Positions 1 to 11,146 of a stretch of DNA of 64,000 nucleotides are shown piece after piece. Position 1 is the first letter of the stretch. Each line of letters opens with the position of its first letter. The notes beneath the pieces were generated by a model. The model was given only the letters and a program-made list of their open reading frames with translations, ran no database searches and was not told the origin of the DNA. Source of the stretch: Acidimicrobiia bacterium (GTDB taxonomy: Bacteria > Actinomycetota > Acidimicrobiia > Spongiisociales > ZC4RG35); the NCBI GenBank assembly GCA_050741915.1, contig JBOGEX010000089.1:717-64716 (forward strand), in the 5' to 3' direction. The position numbers were made by a program, and so were the translations under genes.

Positions 1-2137
1 CCTTGATCAAAGGGTTCAGGGCCGGACCCGCCGTGTCCTTGAAGGGGTCGCCGACGGTGTCCCCGATCACGGCTGCCTTATGCGAGTCGGAACCCTTGCC
101 GCCGTAGTGACCCTCCTCGATGAACTTCTTGGCGTTGTCCCAGGCTCCTCCGGCATTAGATAAGAAGTTGGCCATCAGCTGGCCGGTGAGGATCACCGCT
201 GCCAAGAACCCGCCCAGAGCCAGGTGGCCTAATCCGAATCCGACGATCACCGGAGTGAGGACTGCCAGCAAAGCGGGAGTGGCGAGCTCGCGCAGCGACG
301 CGGCTGTACAGATGTCGATCACCGGTCCATAGTCGGGGCGCTTTTCTCCCCGCATGATCTTGCCGTCGGCGAACTGACGTCGTACCTCCTGGACCACCAC
401 CCCGGCGGTACGACCCACTGCCCTAATCGCCAGGGCCGAGAACATGAAAGCCACCGAACCTCCGATCAGCAGCCCAATGAAGATGGTCGGGTTGGCAACG
501 TTGATGGCAGTGGCGGGGTCGGAAAACATCTCCGAACCCTCGAGAGCCAGGCCTAGTTCTGAGGCGATTGTCTCGATGAACGAGGCGAAAAGCGCCACCG
601 CCGCAATCACCGCCGAGCCGATAGCAAAGCCCTTGGTCACGGCCTTGGTGGTGTTGCCGACCGCGTCGAGGCTCACCATCGTCCTTTGAGCCTCTCCGTG
701 GAACTCACCCGACATCTCGGCAATCCCGGCAGCATTGTCGGCCACAGGTCCGAAGGTGTCTTCCGAAACCACCACTCCGGTAGTGGCCAGCATGCCCATG
801 CCACAGAGAGCCACCAGATACAGCGCGAACTGAAGGTTGTCGCCCCCGAGCAACACCGCCACCCCGATGGCGCCGGCGATGGCGATGATCGCCCACACCG
901 AGGACTCCAGCCCGACCGAGATCCCCGAGAGGACAGTGGTAGCCGGGCCGGTGCGGGTGCTGTCGGCGATCTCTTGTACGGGCTTCTCTTCGGTCGAAGT
1001 GAAGTACTCGGTTAATCGGGAGGCGATCTGAGCCAGGATCAGTCCGGCCACGACCGCCGCAAACACCTTCCACCCCTCGTTGCCGTTCTCGTTGCCGACG
1101 TAGAACATGGAAACGAAAAAGGTCCCGATCACCGTAAGGACGCCTGCGGTCAGAAAGCCTCGGTTGATCGGAGCCATCGCGGTCTTGTCACGGCTAGTGG
1201 CGCGAACGGCGAAGACGCCGGCGATGGAAGCAAGCACACCAATGGCCCGAGCGATTACCGGGAAGACCAATCCCAGGGCGGGGTTGGCGCCGATCGAGTT
1301 GAACGCGGCGACACCGAGGATGATCGAGGCGACCAGGGTGACCTCGTAACTCTCGAACAAGTCGGATGCCATCCCGGCGCAGTCACCGACATTGTCTCCG
1401 ACATTGTCGGCGATAGTGGCGGGGTTGCGGGGATCGTCCTCGGGAATCCCTTGCTCGACCTTGCCCACCAGGTCGGCACCGACGTCGGCCGCCTTAGTGA
1501 AGATGCCCCCACCAACCCGAAGGAACAACGCCAAGAGTGATCCTCCGAACCCGAAGCCGATCAGGATCGCCGAGGAGGTGTTTTGGAAGAGCATGATGAT
1601 CAGCGTCGCTCCCAGTAGCCCGAGGCCGACAGTGAACATCCCCGCCACTCCCCCCGTGCGGAATGCAATCTTGAGGGCATCGGCCAGGGTGCCATTGCGA
1701 GCCGCGGCGGCCGTACGGACGTTGCCTCTCACTGCCAGGCCCATGCCGATGAAGCCAGTCAGGCCCGACATCAAGCAGCCCATCACGAAAGCAGCGGTTC
1801 GGAAGGTGCCCGACTCCGTAAAGGACAGGGCCTCGCTTCCGTCCGGCCGGAGGACAGCCGTGGAGGTGAAAAACACGACCAGAACCAACGGTATGAGGAT
1901 GAGGAGGATCGTCCGGAACTGACGACGGAGGTAGGCCATCGCCCCCTCTTGGATCGCCGCCGCAATCTCTCGCATCTTGGGCGTTCCTTGGTCAGCTCGA
2001 ATGACGCCCTGGGAGAGCAGGAAGCCGACGACGAGAGCGATGACGGCCGTGATGGCGGAGATGACCAGCCACGTCCACTCGGCACCTGCGAGGACAAACT
2101 CCTGATAGCCACCTTCCGCGGCCAGGACAGTGCTCAT
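1..2137 (-). CDS. hppA: Membrane proton/sodium-translocating pyrophosphatase (V-PPase); C-terminus runs off the window
   Basis: Absent from ORF track because it is open at the window edge. Reverse complement of nt 1-70 reads [23 protein letters not shown]; around 1470-1510 it reads [13 protein letters not shown]. Both are hallmark H+-PPase motifs. ATG at 2137-2135 follows a GGAGGAG RBS. Plus-strand ORFs 120-2218 are antisense artefacts. Confidence 0.9.
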   Translation of the reverse strand, partial: MSTVLAAEGGYQEFVLAGAEWTWLVISAITAVIALVVGFLLSQGVIRADQGTPKMREIAAAIQEGAMAYLRRQFRTILLILIPLVLVVFFTSTAVLRPDGSEALSFTESGTFRTAAFVMGCLMSGLTGFIGMGLAVRGNVRTAAAARNGTLADALKIAFRTGGVAGMFTVGLGLLGATLIIMLFQNTSSAILIGFGFGGSLLALFLRVGGGIFTKAADVGADLVGKVEQGIPEDDPRNPATIADNVGDNVGDCAGMASDLFESYEVTLVASIILGVAAFNSIGANPALGLVFPVIARAIGVLASIAGVFAVRATSRDKTAMAPINRGFLTAGVLTVIGTFFVSMFYVGNENGNEGWKVFAAVVAGLILAQIASRLTEYFTSTEEKPVQEIADSTRTGPATTVLSGISVGLESSVWAIIAIAGAIGVAVLLGGDNLQFALYLVALCGMGMLATTGVVVSEDTFGPVADNAAGIAEMSGEFHGEAQRTMVSLDAVGNTTKAVTKGFAIGSAVIAAVALFASFIETIASELGLALEGSEMFSDPATAINVANPTIFIGLLIGGSVAFMFSALAIRAVGRTAGVVVQEVRRQFADGKIMRGEKRPDYGPVIDICTAASLRELATPALLAVLTPVIVGFGLGHLALGGFLAAVILTGQLMANFLSNAGGAWDNAKKFIEEGHYGGKGSDSHKAAVIGDTVGDPFKDTAGPALNPLIK

Positions 2138-2180
2138 TCGGGTCTTCTCCTCCTAGATCGGGTGAATCGGTCAACATTCA

Positions 2181-2205
2181 AAAGCGGCACTGAGGGTGCC
2201 GCTTT
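2181..2205 (-). terminator. Hairpin aaagcggcac-tgagg-gtgccgcttt, followed on the minus strand by TTTTG; downstream of the 2261 stop
   Basis: Perfect 10-bp stem with 5-nt loop read directly; U-tract on the minus strand. Confidence 0.5.
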
Positions 2206-2260
2206 GCAGACAGATTGACCAGGCCGGGTCGGTCTAGGTTAACCGAACCAACCCAGAGCC

Positions 2261-3001
2261 CTACTCAGCCCGGTTGAGAAGGTCGACCCCCCACAGCAGC
2301 AGCGCCAGGATCGTCCCGGTCCCCCCTAAGAAGACCCCATCGCCGAGCCAGGAGAAGGCGGGCGAGCCGATCGAGAGCATCGATCCCCCGAGGCCGACAA
2401 GGCCGATGAGCGATCCGGCTGCAACGAGCTTGCGTCCATGGGGCATCCTGTTGAGGAGAGCCACACCTCCCATGCCCAAGCCGATGGCGGCCAGCAGCCA
2501 GAGAGGCCAGATCGGAACCACCCCGAACACCCTCAGACCCGATTCTGCGGTCAACGCCTGAATCGCGGCCAAAACCAGGCCCCCGGCCGCGGCCATCATC
2601 GCGATGGCCAGCGGCGCCATGCTGGGAACCGGAAGACGCGCTTCGGGAAGAAACGTCCTGATTTCGGGCGGTGACGGCGCCAACCGCTCCTCGACGTCCA
2701 CTCCCCCGTCGCGCGCATGAGCCAGTTGGCGATTCAAACGCGGCGAAGTGGTCGAGCGAAGACCGACCGCCAATGCGAACGCAACGTCGTTGTTCGTGGA
2801 AAGGACGAGCTCTTCGCCTTCAACTTTGAGGTGAAAGCCATCGCCTCGAGAGGCGATCCCCATGCCCGAGAGGGGCCAGGTTCCCAGCTCGCCATAAGGG
2901 GAAACCAGGCTCATCGTCTCTTGATCGAGGTGGATCTCGACGCGGATGCCCGTCTGAGTCTCCCCAGCCATCCGGACGGTGCCGGTGAGGTCCGTATTCA
3001 C
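2261..3001 (-). CDS. Hypothetical membrane protein: soluble N-terminal domain of about 100 aa plus C-terminal multi-TM region
   Basis: ORF 2261..3148 trimmed because it would overlap the divergent ettA start. GTG at 3001 or ATG at 2971 are plausible starts. C-terminal half is strongly hydrophobic (PLAIAMMAAAGGLVLAAI..., WLLAAIGLGMGGVALL...). No family recognised. Confidence 0.5.
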   Translation of the reverse strand: MNTDLTGTVRMAGETQTGIRVEIHLDQETMSLVSPYGELGTWPLSGMGIASRGDGFHLKVEGEELVLSTNNDVAFALAVGLRSTTSPRLNRQLAHARDGGVDVEERLAPSPPEIRTFLPEARLPVPSMAPLAIAMMAAAGGLVLAAIQALTAESGLRVFGVVPIWPLWLLAAIGLGMGGVALLNRMPHGRKLVAAGSLIGLVGLGGSMLSIGSPAFSWLGDGVFLGGTGTILALLLWGVDLLNRAE

Positions 3002-3106
3002 AACCGCGCCTACTTTCCGCCACCCACGCCCTGTGCAAGCAGATGCTAGGCGCAGCTGGACCGATCCCAAGTTCAAAACCGCCCTGTTGTACCCTCCCCT
3101 CCCGCC

Positions 3107-4780
<1,674 letters not shown>

Positions 4781-4796
4781 TCGATGGTCGAAGCTT

Positions 4797-4838
4797 CTGT
4801 GCAGGTTGCGCGGCCCAGGGCCGCGCAAACCTTCACAG
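4797..4838. repeat. REP-like palindrome, imperfect copy (ctgtgcaggttgcgcggc-ccagg-gccgcgcaaaccttcacag)
   Basis: Read directly; lies between the convergent ettA and pnp stops. Confidence 0.7.
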
Positions 4839-4858
4839 ATACGTGTGCGGGTGGTAAT

Positions 4859-4899
4859 TGTGAAGGTTCTCGCGGCCAGGAGCCGCGAGAACCTTCACA
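4859..4899. repeat. REP-like palindrome, perfect 18-bp arms (tgtgaaggttctcgcggc-cagga-gccgcgagaaccttcaca); probable bidirectional terminator
   Basis: Read directly; same family as 32687-32727. Confidence 0.8.
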
Positions 4900-4912
4900 G
4901 AAGCTGAAAGAC

Positions 4913-7312
4913 CTAGGGCTTGGGGAGGTTCTCGAAAACGTCCTCGAAGGAAACGGCCTTGCGGCGGCCTTCGGCGTTCGGATCCTGGCTTCCGCGGTTG
5001 CGATCACGGCCACGATCGCCACTCCGGTCGTCCCGGGGGCGGTCGTCGCGGCGAGGACGGTCATCCCGGCGAGGACGGTCATCCCGGCCGCCACGGTCGC
5101 GATCGTCGCGCCGGGGGCGATCATCTCGATGCTCGGATGATTGCTCCGACGACGCCCCCTCCTTGCGCTCGAGGGGGCTGACCAGCTTCAGCGCCAGCTT
5201 GCCCTGCCGATCGATTTCTTCCAGCACCACGGGCACTCGCTGACCCAACTCGAGATAGTCCTCGACTCGATCTACCCGACGGGTGTCGTCAAGCTTGGAG
5301 ATGTGCAGGAGGCCATCACGGCCGGGGAGGATGTTGACGAAAGCTCCGAACTTGGTGATGTTGACTACCTCACCGTCGTACTCCTTGCCGAGCTCCGCCT
5401 CGGGCGGGAAAACGATGGCGTTGACTCGTTCCTTGGCGGCAGCCAAAGCTTCGCCATCAGTGGAGGCGATCCGGACGATGCCGTAGCCGCTGTCTTCCTC
5501 GATCTCGATCGTGGCTCCGGTCTTCTCCTCGAGCTCGCGGATGACCTTGCCCTTGGGGCCGATGACTTCGCCGATCTTGTCCTTGGGGATCTGAATCGTC
5601 TCGATCCGAGGGGCATTCTTGTTTAGCTCCGTCCGGGGCTCGGGGATCACGTTGTTCATCGCATCGAGAATCGCCAGCCGAGCCGTCTTGGCCTGCTCCA
5701 ACGCCTGCGCCAGGACTTCGGACGGAAGGCCTCGCAGCTTGGTATCGAGCTGGAGGGCGGTAATGACGTTGGCCGTCCCGGCAACCTTGAAGTCCATGTC
5801 CCCCAGGGCATCTTCCGCGCCGAGGATGTCGGTCAGAGTGACGTACTTGCCGTCGCGCTCGATCAGCCCCATAGCGATGCCGGCGACCGCATCGGAGATA
5901 GGAACCCCGGCGTCCATCAACGACAGGGACGAGGCGCAAACTGAAGCCATCGAAGTCGACCCATTGGACGAGATCACCTCGGAAACCAGACGCAGTGCGT
6001 AAGGAAACTCCTCCTCGTCAGGAATGACCGGAAGGAGTGCCCGCTCTGCCAGGGCCCCGTGGCCGATCTCGCGACGACGGGGACCTCGCATGGGGCCGGC
6101 CTCGCCCGTGGCGTAGGGCGGCATGTTGTAGTGGTGCATGTAGCGCTTGCCCTCATCGGGGGAGAGGGTGTCGAGCATTTGCTCCATCTTCAGCATTCCC
6201 AGAGTGGTGAAGCTGAGAACCTGAGTCTCGCCTCGCTGAAAGAGGCCGGAGCCGTGCGCCCGCGGAACCACGCCCACCTCGACGCTCAGGGGACGAAGAT
6301 CGGTGGCAGCCCGGCCATCGAGTCGCACGCCCTCGTTAACTACCTGCGCTCGCATCATGTCCTTCAAGACCGACTTAAAGGCTCGCTTGAAGGATTCTTT
6401 GTCCTCGTCGGCGATACCCAGCTCGGAGACAGTCGTAGCAGCGGCATCGCTCTCGGCCTGATTGCGCTCGGCCTTGCCGGGGATTCGAATCACTTGCTCG
6501 AGCTTGGGCCGGGCCGTGGCCTCGACCCGCTGGTGCAGATCGGCTGTGTAGTCGAGAGCCAGCGGCCATTCGACTTCTTTCCGACCAGCCCGCTCCAAAA
6601 GCTGGCTCTGCAAATCGATAACTTCGGATATGGCTTGCTTGGAGATCTCGAGACCCGCAGCCACGCTCGCCTCGTCTGAGGGAGCATCGCCGCCTGCCAC
6701 CAGTCGCAAGCCATTCGGAGTGGCCGATGCTTCGACCATCATGATGTCGATTCCGCCGCTGGAGTTGCGTCCACCGGCCACCACCATCTCAAAGACGGAC
6801 TCGTCAAGATCGTTATGGGTCGGGAAGGCGATCCACTCGCCTTTCTTCAATGCCAGTCGCACTGCTCCGATCGGTCCCTCGAAGGGGATTCCACTGATCG
6901 TGAGCGCCGCCGATGCGCCGTTGAGGCCGATGACGTCGAAAAGGTTTTCGCCGTCGACCGCAAGCGTGGTGACAACGATATGAGTCTCGCATCGGAAGTC
7001 CTCGCGGAAGGACGGACGCAATGGTCGGTCGATAAGGCGGGCAGCCAGGGTGGCGTCTTCGGTGGGCCGGCCCTCGCGACGGAAGAACGAGCCAGGGATG
7101 CGACCCACGGCGTACATACGCTCTTCGAAGTCGACGGTAAGGGGAAAGAAGTCGATCCCTTCCCGCAGGGTTTTGTTAGCGGTGGCGGCAACCAGCATCT
7201 CGGTTTCCCCGAGGCGGGCAACCACCGCCCCATCGGCCTGACCGGCGAGTTTGCCGGTGGAAAACGACAGGGTCTTACCCCCGACGAGGCCGCTTACGGT
7301 GATTTCGGGCAC
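4913..7312 (-). CDS. pnp: Polynucleotide phosphorylase with an Arg/Asp-rich C-terminal tail of about 90 aa
   Basis: 799 aa, GTG start with AAAGGAG RBS. Motifs FFRREGRPTEDATLAARLIDRPLRP, KH (GEVIGPKGKVIRELEEKTGA) and S1 (GEVVNITKFGAFVNILPGRDGLLHIS). Confidence 0.95.
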   Translation of the reverse strand: MPEITVSGLVGGKTLSFSTGKLAGQADGAVVARLGETEMLVAATANKTLREGIDFFPLTVDFEERMYAVGRIPGSFFRREGRPTEDATLAARLIDRPLRPSFREDFRCETHIVVTTLAVDGENLFDVIGLNGASAALTISGIPFEGPIGAVRLALKKGEWIAFPTHNDLDESVFEMVVAGGRNSSGGIDIMMVEASATPNGLRLVAGGDAPSDEASVAAGLEISKQAISEVIDLQSQLLERAGRKEVEWPLALDYTADLHQRVEATARPKLEQVIRIPGKAERNQAESDAAATTVSELGIADEDKESFKRAFKSVLKDMMRAQVVNEGVRLDGRAATDLRPLSVEVGVVPRAHGSGLFQRGETQVLSFTTLGMLKMEQMLDTLSPDEGKRYMHHYNMPPYATGEAGPMRGPRRREIGHGALAERALLPVIPDEEEFPYALRLVSEVISSNGSTSMASVCASSLSLMDAGVPISDAVAGIAMGLIERDGKYVTLTDILGAEDALGDMDFKVAGTANVITALQLDTKLRGLPSEVLAQALEQAKTARLAILDAMNNVIPEPRTELNKNAPRIETIQIPKDKIGEVIGPKGKVIRELEEKTGATIEIEEDSGYGIVRIASTDGEALAAAKERVNAIVFPPEAELGKEYDGEVVNITKFGAFVNILPGRDGLLHISKLDDTRRVDRVEDYLELGQRVPVVLEEIDRQGKLALKLVSPLERKEGASSEQSSEHRDDRPRRDDRDRGGRDDRPRRDDRPRRDDRPRDDRSGDRGRDRNRGSQDPNAEGRRKAVSFEDVFENLPKP
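5051..5086 (-). repeat. Perfect 18-bp x2 in-frame tandem repeat (gcgaggacggtcatcccg) inside the pnp tail; degenerate copies around it
   Basis: Read directly; encodes the RRDDRP repeats. Confidence 0.85.
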
Positions 7313-7448
7313 TTAGTGCTCCTTTGTTTGTTAGGAGCCGGCCCGTTACCAGTGGTGAGCGCTCGCAATAGGCAAGCGTTCGCAACTAGCAACCGGCCTG
7401 GCTCGGCCAGTTCGATCCCCCCGATTCGGTGCGAGCTGTTCGTCGCGG
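7313..7448 (-). promoter_or_regulatory. rpsO-pnp intergenic leader with at least two hairpins (AACUGGCC-gagcca-GGCCGGUU; CGCUUGC-cuauu-GCGAGCG)
   Basis: 136 nt non-coding between the rpsO stop and the pnp GTG; stems folded by eye on the minus-strand RNA. Confidence 0.35.
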
Positions 7449-7706
7449 TTAGCGACGGAGACCGAGTTGGGAGACGATCTTGCGGTACCGCTCGACATCC
7501 CGATTTCTCAGGTAGTCGAGCAACCGCCGCCGCCGCCCCACCATCATCAACAGCCCACGCCGGCCGTGATGATCGCCCTTGTGGAGGCGAAGATGCTCGG
7601 TCAGGTGGTTGATCCGTTCGGTCAGCAGGGCAACCTGCACCTCGGGCGAACCAGTGTCGCCGTCGTGATGACCGAATTCGGTAACGATCTGTTGAGTGGT
7701 CTTCAT
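7449..7706 (-). CDS. rpsO: 30S ribosomal protein S15
   Basis: 85 aa from the internal ATG at 7706: [53 protein letters not shown]... Confidence 0.95.
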   Translation of the reverse strand: MKTTQQIVTEFGHHDGDTGSPEVQVALLTERINHLTEHLRLHKGDHHGRRGLLMMVGRRRRLLDYLRNRDVERYRKIVSQLGLRR

Positions 7707-7713
7707 GAACGCG

Positions 7714-8667
7714 CTAAACCTGCGAGTCGTGGGGAACGGACCCCACTTTAGCATCCTCGAAGATTCTCCCGGATGCCTCGACGTCGGATGAGATCTGAGC
7801 CACCAATTCGTCGACCCCCTCGAACTTCTTCTCATCGCGGATCCGGGAGAGAAAGCGAAGGGCCAACGACTGCCCGTACAGATCGCCGCTCCAGTGCAGC
7901 AGATGAGCCTCCACCCGCCGGGCCGAACCGGCGAAAGTGGGGCGGACGCCAATGTTCACCACCGACTGCTGAAGCTCTCCCCCAGCCATTGCCCAGGCGG
8001 CGTACACGCCATTGGCTGGGATCAAGCGGTCTTCATCCACACCAAGGTTTGCAGTGGGAAATCCGATCTGGGTGCCCCGGCGATCTCCGACCTCCACCGT
8101 ACCCTTGAGCTCATAAGGACGGGCCAGCATCCGGGCCGCTTCTTCAACCTGACCGGAGAGAAGCGCCTGACGAATACGAGTTGATGAGACGATACCGTCG
8201 TCGGTGTCGAGCAAGTCGACCACCTCGACTTCGAACCCGAGACGGGGACCGGCTGCGGACAGGAACGTAGAGTCACCTCCGCGGTCGCGGCCGAAGCGAA
8301 AGTCGGCTCCGATCACGACTCGCTTAGCTGCCAAGGCCCCGGCCAGCACCCTTTCGCAAAACTCGTCGGCCAACAACTCTCGGATGTCGGGAAAGTCGAG
8401 AATGCCGGCAACACGAACACCGAGGATCTTGAATTGCTCGAGGCGCTGATCGATATCGGTGAGCATTTTGAGAGCTCTATCCGGAGCCAGAACCCGCAAT
8501 GGGTGGGGATCGAAGGTGAGGACGGCCGGCTCCAGGTCGCCCGAGCGCGCCACCAGATCCGCGATTACCCGTCGGTGACCGAGATGGACACCGTCGAAAA
8601 CACCGATGGTGACGGCGGTGGGACGGGCCACCTCCCATTCATAAGGATGGCCGCGGAGAACGATCAC
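7714..8667 (-). CDS. ribF: Bifunctional riboflavin kinase / FMN adenylyltransferase
   Basis: [14 protein letters not shown] and GFPTANL motifs; 317 aa. Confidence 0.9.
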   Translation of the reverse strand: MIVLRGHPYEWEVARPTAVTIGVFDGVHLGHRRVIADLVARSGDLEPAVLTFDPHPLRVLAPDRALKMLTDIDQRLEQFKILGVRVAGILDFPDIRELLADEFCERVLAGALAAKRVVIGADFRFGRDRGGDSTFLSAAGPRLGFEVEVVDLLDTDDGIVSSTRIRQALLSGQVEEAARMLARPYELKGTVEVGDRRGTQIGFPTANLGVDEDRLIPANGVYAAWAMAGGELQQSVVNIGVRPTFAGSARRVEAHLLHWSGDLYGQSLALRFLSRIRDEKKFEGVDELVAQISSDVEASGRIFEDAKVGSVPHDSQV

Positions 8668-9539
8668 GCCAGCACGACTTCTGCCACCGCTTCCCGCCCG
8701 CGCTGGCGATAGACGGCGAGCAAGCGATCATCACGATCGAGGATCGCCCAGTGACCGGCAGCATTGGACGGAGAGGGCAAGCGCCGGCCATGCCGAACGG
8801 CGTCAACCTCTTCGTCCGAAGCCCGCCACTCGCTGAGCCCAGCCACGGCTTCGACCGGATCGCGCAAGTGACCCTTCCACGAGTCGAGATCGTCCGCCCC
8901 CAGAGCACCTTCCAGCCCGAAGATACCGACGCGGGTTCGACGCAGGGCGAGCAAGTGGGCGCGACCACCGAGGGTTCGGGCGAGGTCATCGGCCAGAGAT
9001 CGGATGTACGTCCCCTTCGAGCAGACAATGCGAAGCTCGGCGCGAGAGAAGTCCGATGGAACGAACTCATTCAATTCGAGTTCGTGAATCGTCACCTGTC
9101 GCGGCGTGCGATCGACTTCTCCTCCGGTGCGAGCGATCTCGTAAAGGCGCTTTCCCTCGTGCTTGAGGGCCGACACCATCGGCGGGATCTGTTCGATCTC
9201 CCCTCGAAATAGGTCGAGGGCCGTAATCAAGTCGTGACGATCGAACGACATCGGAGCGCGGTCGGTCTCAACTCCGTCGGCGTCGAGAGTGTCAGTGGCT
9301 ATGCCGAACCGAACCGTGGCCACATACTCCTTGTCTTGCTCCTGGATGTAGCGGATGAGACGTGTTGCCCGGCCCAGAGCAAGCACCACCACCCCGGTGG
9401 CCAGCGGGTCGAGAGTTCCCGCATGTCCGATCTTCTTCGTGCTCGTTGCTTTCCGAGCCCGGGCGACCAGGTCATGGGAGGTGATCCCCGACGGCTTGTC
9501 GACTACCAGCAGGCCGAACGGTTCGGTCGGACCACTCAC
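8664..9539 (-). CDS. truB: tRNA pseudouridine-55 synthase
   Basis: LLVVDKPSGITSHD and GHAGTLDPLATGVV motifs; 4-nt overlaps with both neighbours. Confidence 0.9.
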   Translation of the reverse strand: MSGPTEPFGLLVVDKPSGITSHDLVARARKATSTKKIGHAGTLDPLATGVVVLALGRATRLIRYIQEQDKEYVATVRFGIATDTLDADGVETDRAPMSFDRHDLITALDLFRGEIEQIPPMVSALKHEGKRLYEIARTGGEVDRTPRQVTIHELELNEFVPSDFSRAELRIVCSKGTYIRSLADDLARTLGGRAHLLALRRTRVGIFGLEGALGADDLDSWKGHLRDPVEAVAGLSEWRASDEEVDAVRHGRRLPSPSNAAGHWAILDRDDRLLAVYRQRGREAVAEVVLA

Positions 9540-10513
9540 GGAGTTCCTTTGAGGAGCCTCACTACGGCTGCCACCGCCTCCTCGGGAGAACCCTCGAAAG
9601 TAAAGCCGGCGGCGTTGTGATGTCCACCGCCCCCGAGGACCGCTGCCACCGAACCGATGTCGACCAAACCTCGACTGCGAAGGCTGCCCTTGAAGACCCC
9701 CGGTCCGTGCTGTTTCAGAATCATCGCCGCATTGGCCTCTATCGGCAGCCGCACCAGATCTATCAGCGAATCGGTGTCGGCTAGGTCGATGCCAGCTTCC
9801 TCGAGATCGGTCTCAAAGAGCACTGACCAGACCAGCCCCACTTCGGGCACGAGCTGGGCTCGGGCCAACACAGCTGCCGCCGTCGGGAGATAACCGAAGG
9901 CAGTTTCCTCGTATACGTGCTGGCCTATCTCCTCCGGACGCGCTCCAAGCTCGACCAAACGGGCAGCCAGCCGCAGCGTGGCCGGACTGGTATTGGAGTA
10001 CTGGAACCGGCCGGTGTCGGTGACGAGACCGGTGAGAAAGCAGGTGGCCACCCGGGCGTCGACCTTCCAGCCGATCGTCTCTACGAGCTCGAAGGCGATT
10101 TCGGCGGTGGCTGCCGCCGTCGGGTCCACGAGGTTGACGTGACCGAAGCCGCCGGAGCCTGCGGCATGATGGTCTAGAACGATGAGGGTCTTCGCCGCCG
10201 CGGCATGCGGGGCGAGGTCGCCTAGACGCTCGATATTGCCGCTGTCGAAGGTCACCATGATCTCGGGCTCCGGTGGCACCTCCGAAAGGGGCACCAGGAG
10301 TTCGGTCGGAAGGAAGCGGTAGCTGGGCCCGAGCTCGAAGGGTGGGCCGAAGCTGGGGAGGACACTCCTCCCCGCCTCCTTCGCCGCCAGAGCCACTCCC
10401 AGCATGCTGCCGAGGGCATCGCCATCGGGGCCGATGTGACATGTCATCGCGATTGAGGGAGCTCCCCGCAAAAGGTTGGCGGCTGTCTCGAGTGCCCGGG
10501 GATCAACCGTCAT
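9536..10513 (-). CDS. nrnA: DHH/DHHA1 phosphoesterase (NrnA-like oligoribonuclease / pAp phosphatase)
   Basis: Start set to the ATG at 10513 (MTVDPRAL...); the longer ORF would overlap rbfA. DGDALGS, DHH and GGGHHNAAG motifs. Confidence 0.8.
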   Translation of the reverse strand: MTVDPRALETAANLLRGAPSIAMTCHIGPDGDALGSMLGVALAAKEAGRSVLPSFGPPFELGPSYRFLPTELLVPLSEVPPEPEIMVTFDSGNIERLGDLAPHAAAAKTLIVLDHHAAGSGGFGHVNLVDPTAAATAEIAFELVETIGWKVDARVATCFLTGLVTDTGRFQYSNTSPATLRLAARLVELGARPEEIGQHVYEETAFGYLPTAAAVLARAQLVPEVGLVWSVLFETDLEEAGIDLADTDSLIDLVRLPIEANAAMILKQHGPGVFKGSLRSRGLVDIGSVAAVLGGGGHHNAAGFTFEGSPEEAVAAVVRLLKGTP

Positions 10514-10856
10514 GCTGTTCCAGCTCGCGCAATAACGCATCGATCCTCTCCCCCTGCAGGACTCCCTGATCCTGACGAAACTCGAGGGTGGGGGTGTACT
10601 TGGTGTGAATCTGACGCCCCATTGCCGCCCGCAACCGGGGAGCGGCCGCGGTGAGGCCTCTGATGGTTTCGTCGAGGTGATCCTGATCGAGAGCCGAGAC
10701 ATAAACAATCGCTCGCCTCATGTCGGGAGCGACATCGACACCGGTGATCGTCACCATCCCCAAGCGAGGATCGGCGAGCTCTTCTACCTCCTCGGCCAGC
10801 ACCTCCTGGATGATGGCGTTGATTCGACGTGTCCGGGGAAACGACGGCTTGCTCAT
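10503..10856 (-). CDS. rbfA: Ribosome-binding factor A
   Basis: Start at ATG 10856 (MSKPSFPRTRRINAIIQEVLAEEV...); typical RbfA sequence and operon position. Confidence 0.9.
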   Translation of the reverse strand: MSKPSFPRTRRINAIIQEVLAEEVEELADPRLGMVTITGVDVAPDMRRAIVYVSALDQDHLDETIRGLTAAAPRLRAAMGRQIHTKYTPTLEFRQDQGVLQGERIDALLRELEQHDG

Positions 10857-10858
10857 GG

Positions 10859-11146
10859 CTAGTCCTCCGAGTAGTAGACGGCCACCTCGCACACCTCAAC
10901 CTCGAGGTTGTCCTCAACGTAGCGTCGCACTCCGTCAACTTGGGACTCGAGCCGAGTGGCGTCGGCCGCCACCAACGCTACCCCCACGACCGATCGCTGC
11001 CAGGAATTCTGATACCCGACCTCGGCCACGCTCACCGAGAGCCGGCGACGGAGCCCTTCGACGATCGGCCGGAGAACGGCCCGCTTCTCTTTCAGTGAGC
11101 CGCAGTTGGGGAGGAAGAGTTCGAAGCGAAGGGCAGCAGCCCGCAT
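10859..11146 (-). CDS. DUF503 (YlxP-like) protein
   Basis: Start at ATG 11146 ([35 protein letters not shown]...); typical infB-rbfA operon partner. One-nt overlap with the infB stop. Confidence 0.75.
   Translation of the reverse strand: MRAAALRFELFLPNCGSLKEKRAVLRPIVEGLRRRLSVSVAEVGYQNSWQRSVVGVALVAADATRLESQVDGVRRYVEDNLEVEVCEVAVYYSED

Noticed and set aside
2138-2180. Candidate hppA promoter (TTGACC ... about 17 nt ... ATCTAG) between the upstream terminator and the hppA RBS.
   Set aside because: The -10 candidate does not fit TAnnnT and the spacing is ambiguous. Left uncalled.
120-2218. A series of plus-strand ORFs covering the first 2.2 kb.
   Set aside because: The minus strand encodes an obvious H+-pyrophosphatase that the track omits because it is open at the window edge. 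The plus-strand ORFs are its antisense shadows.
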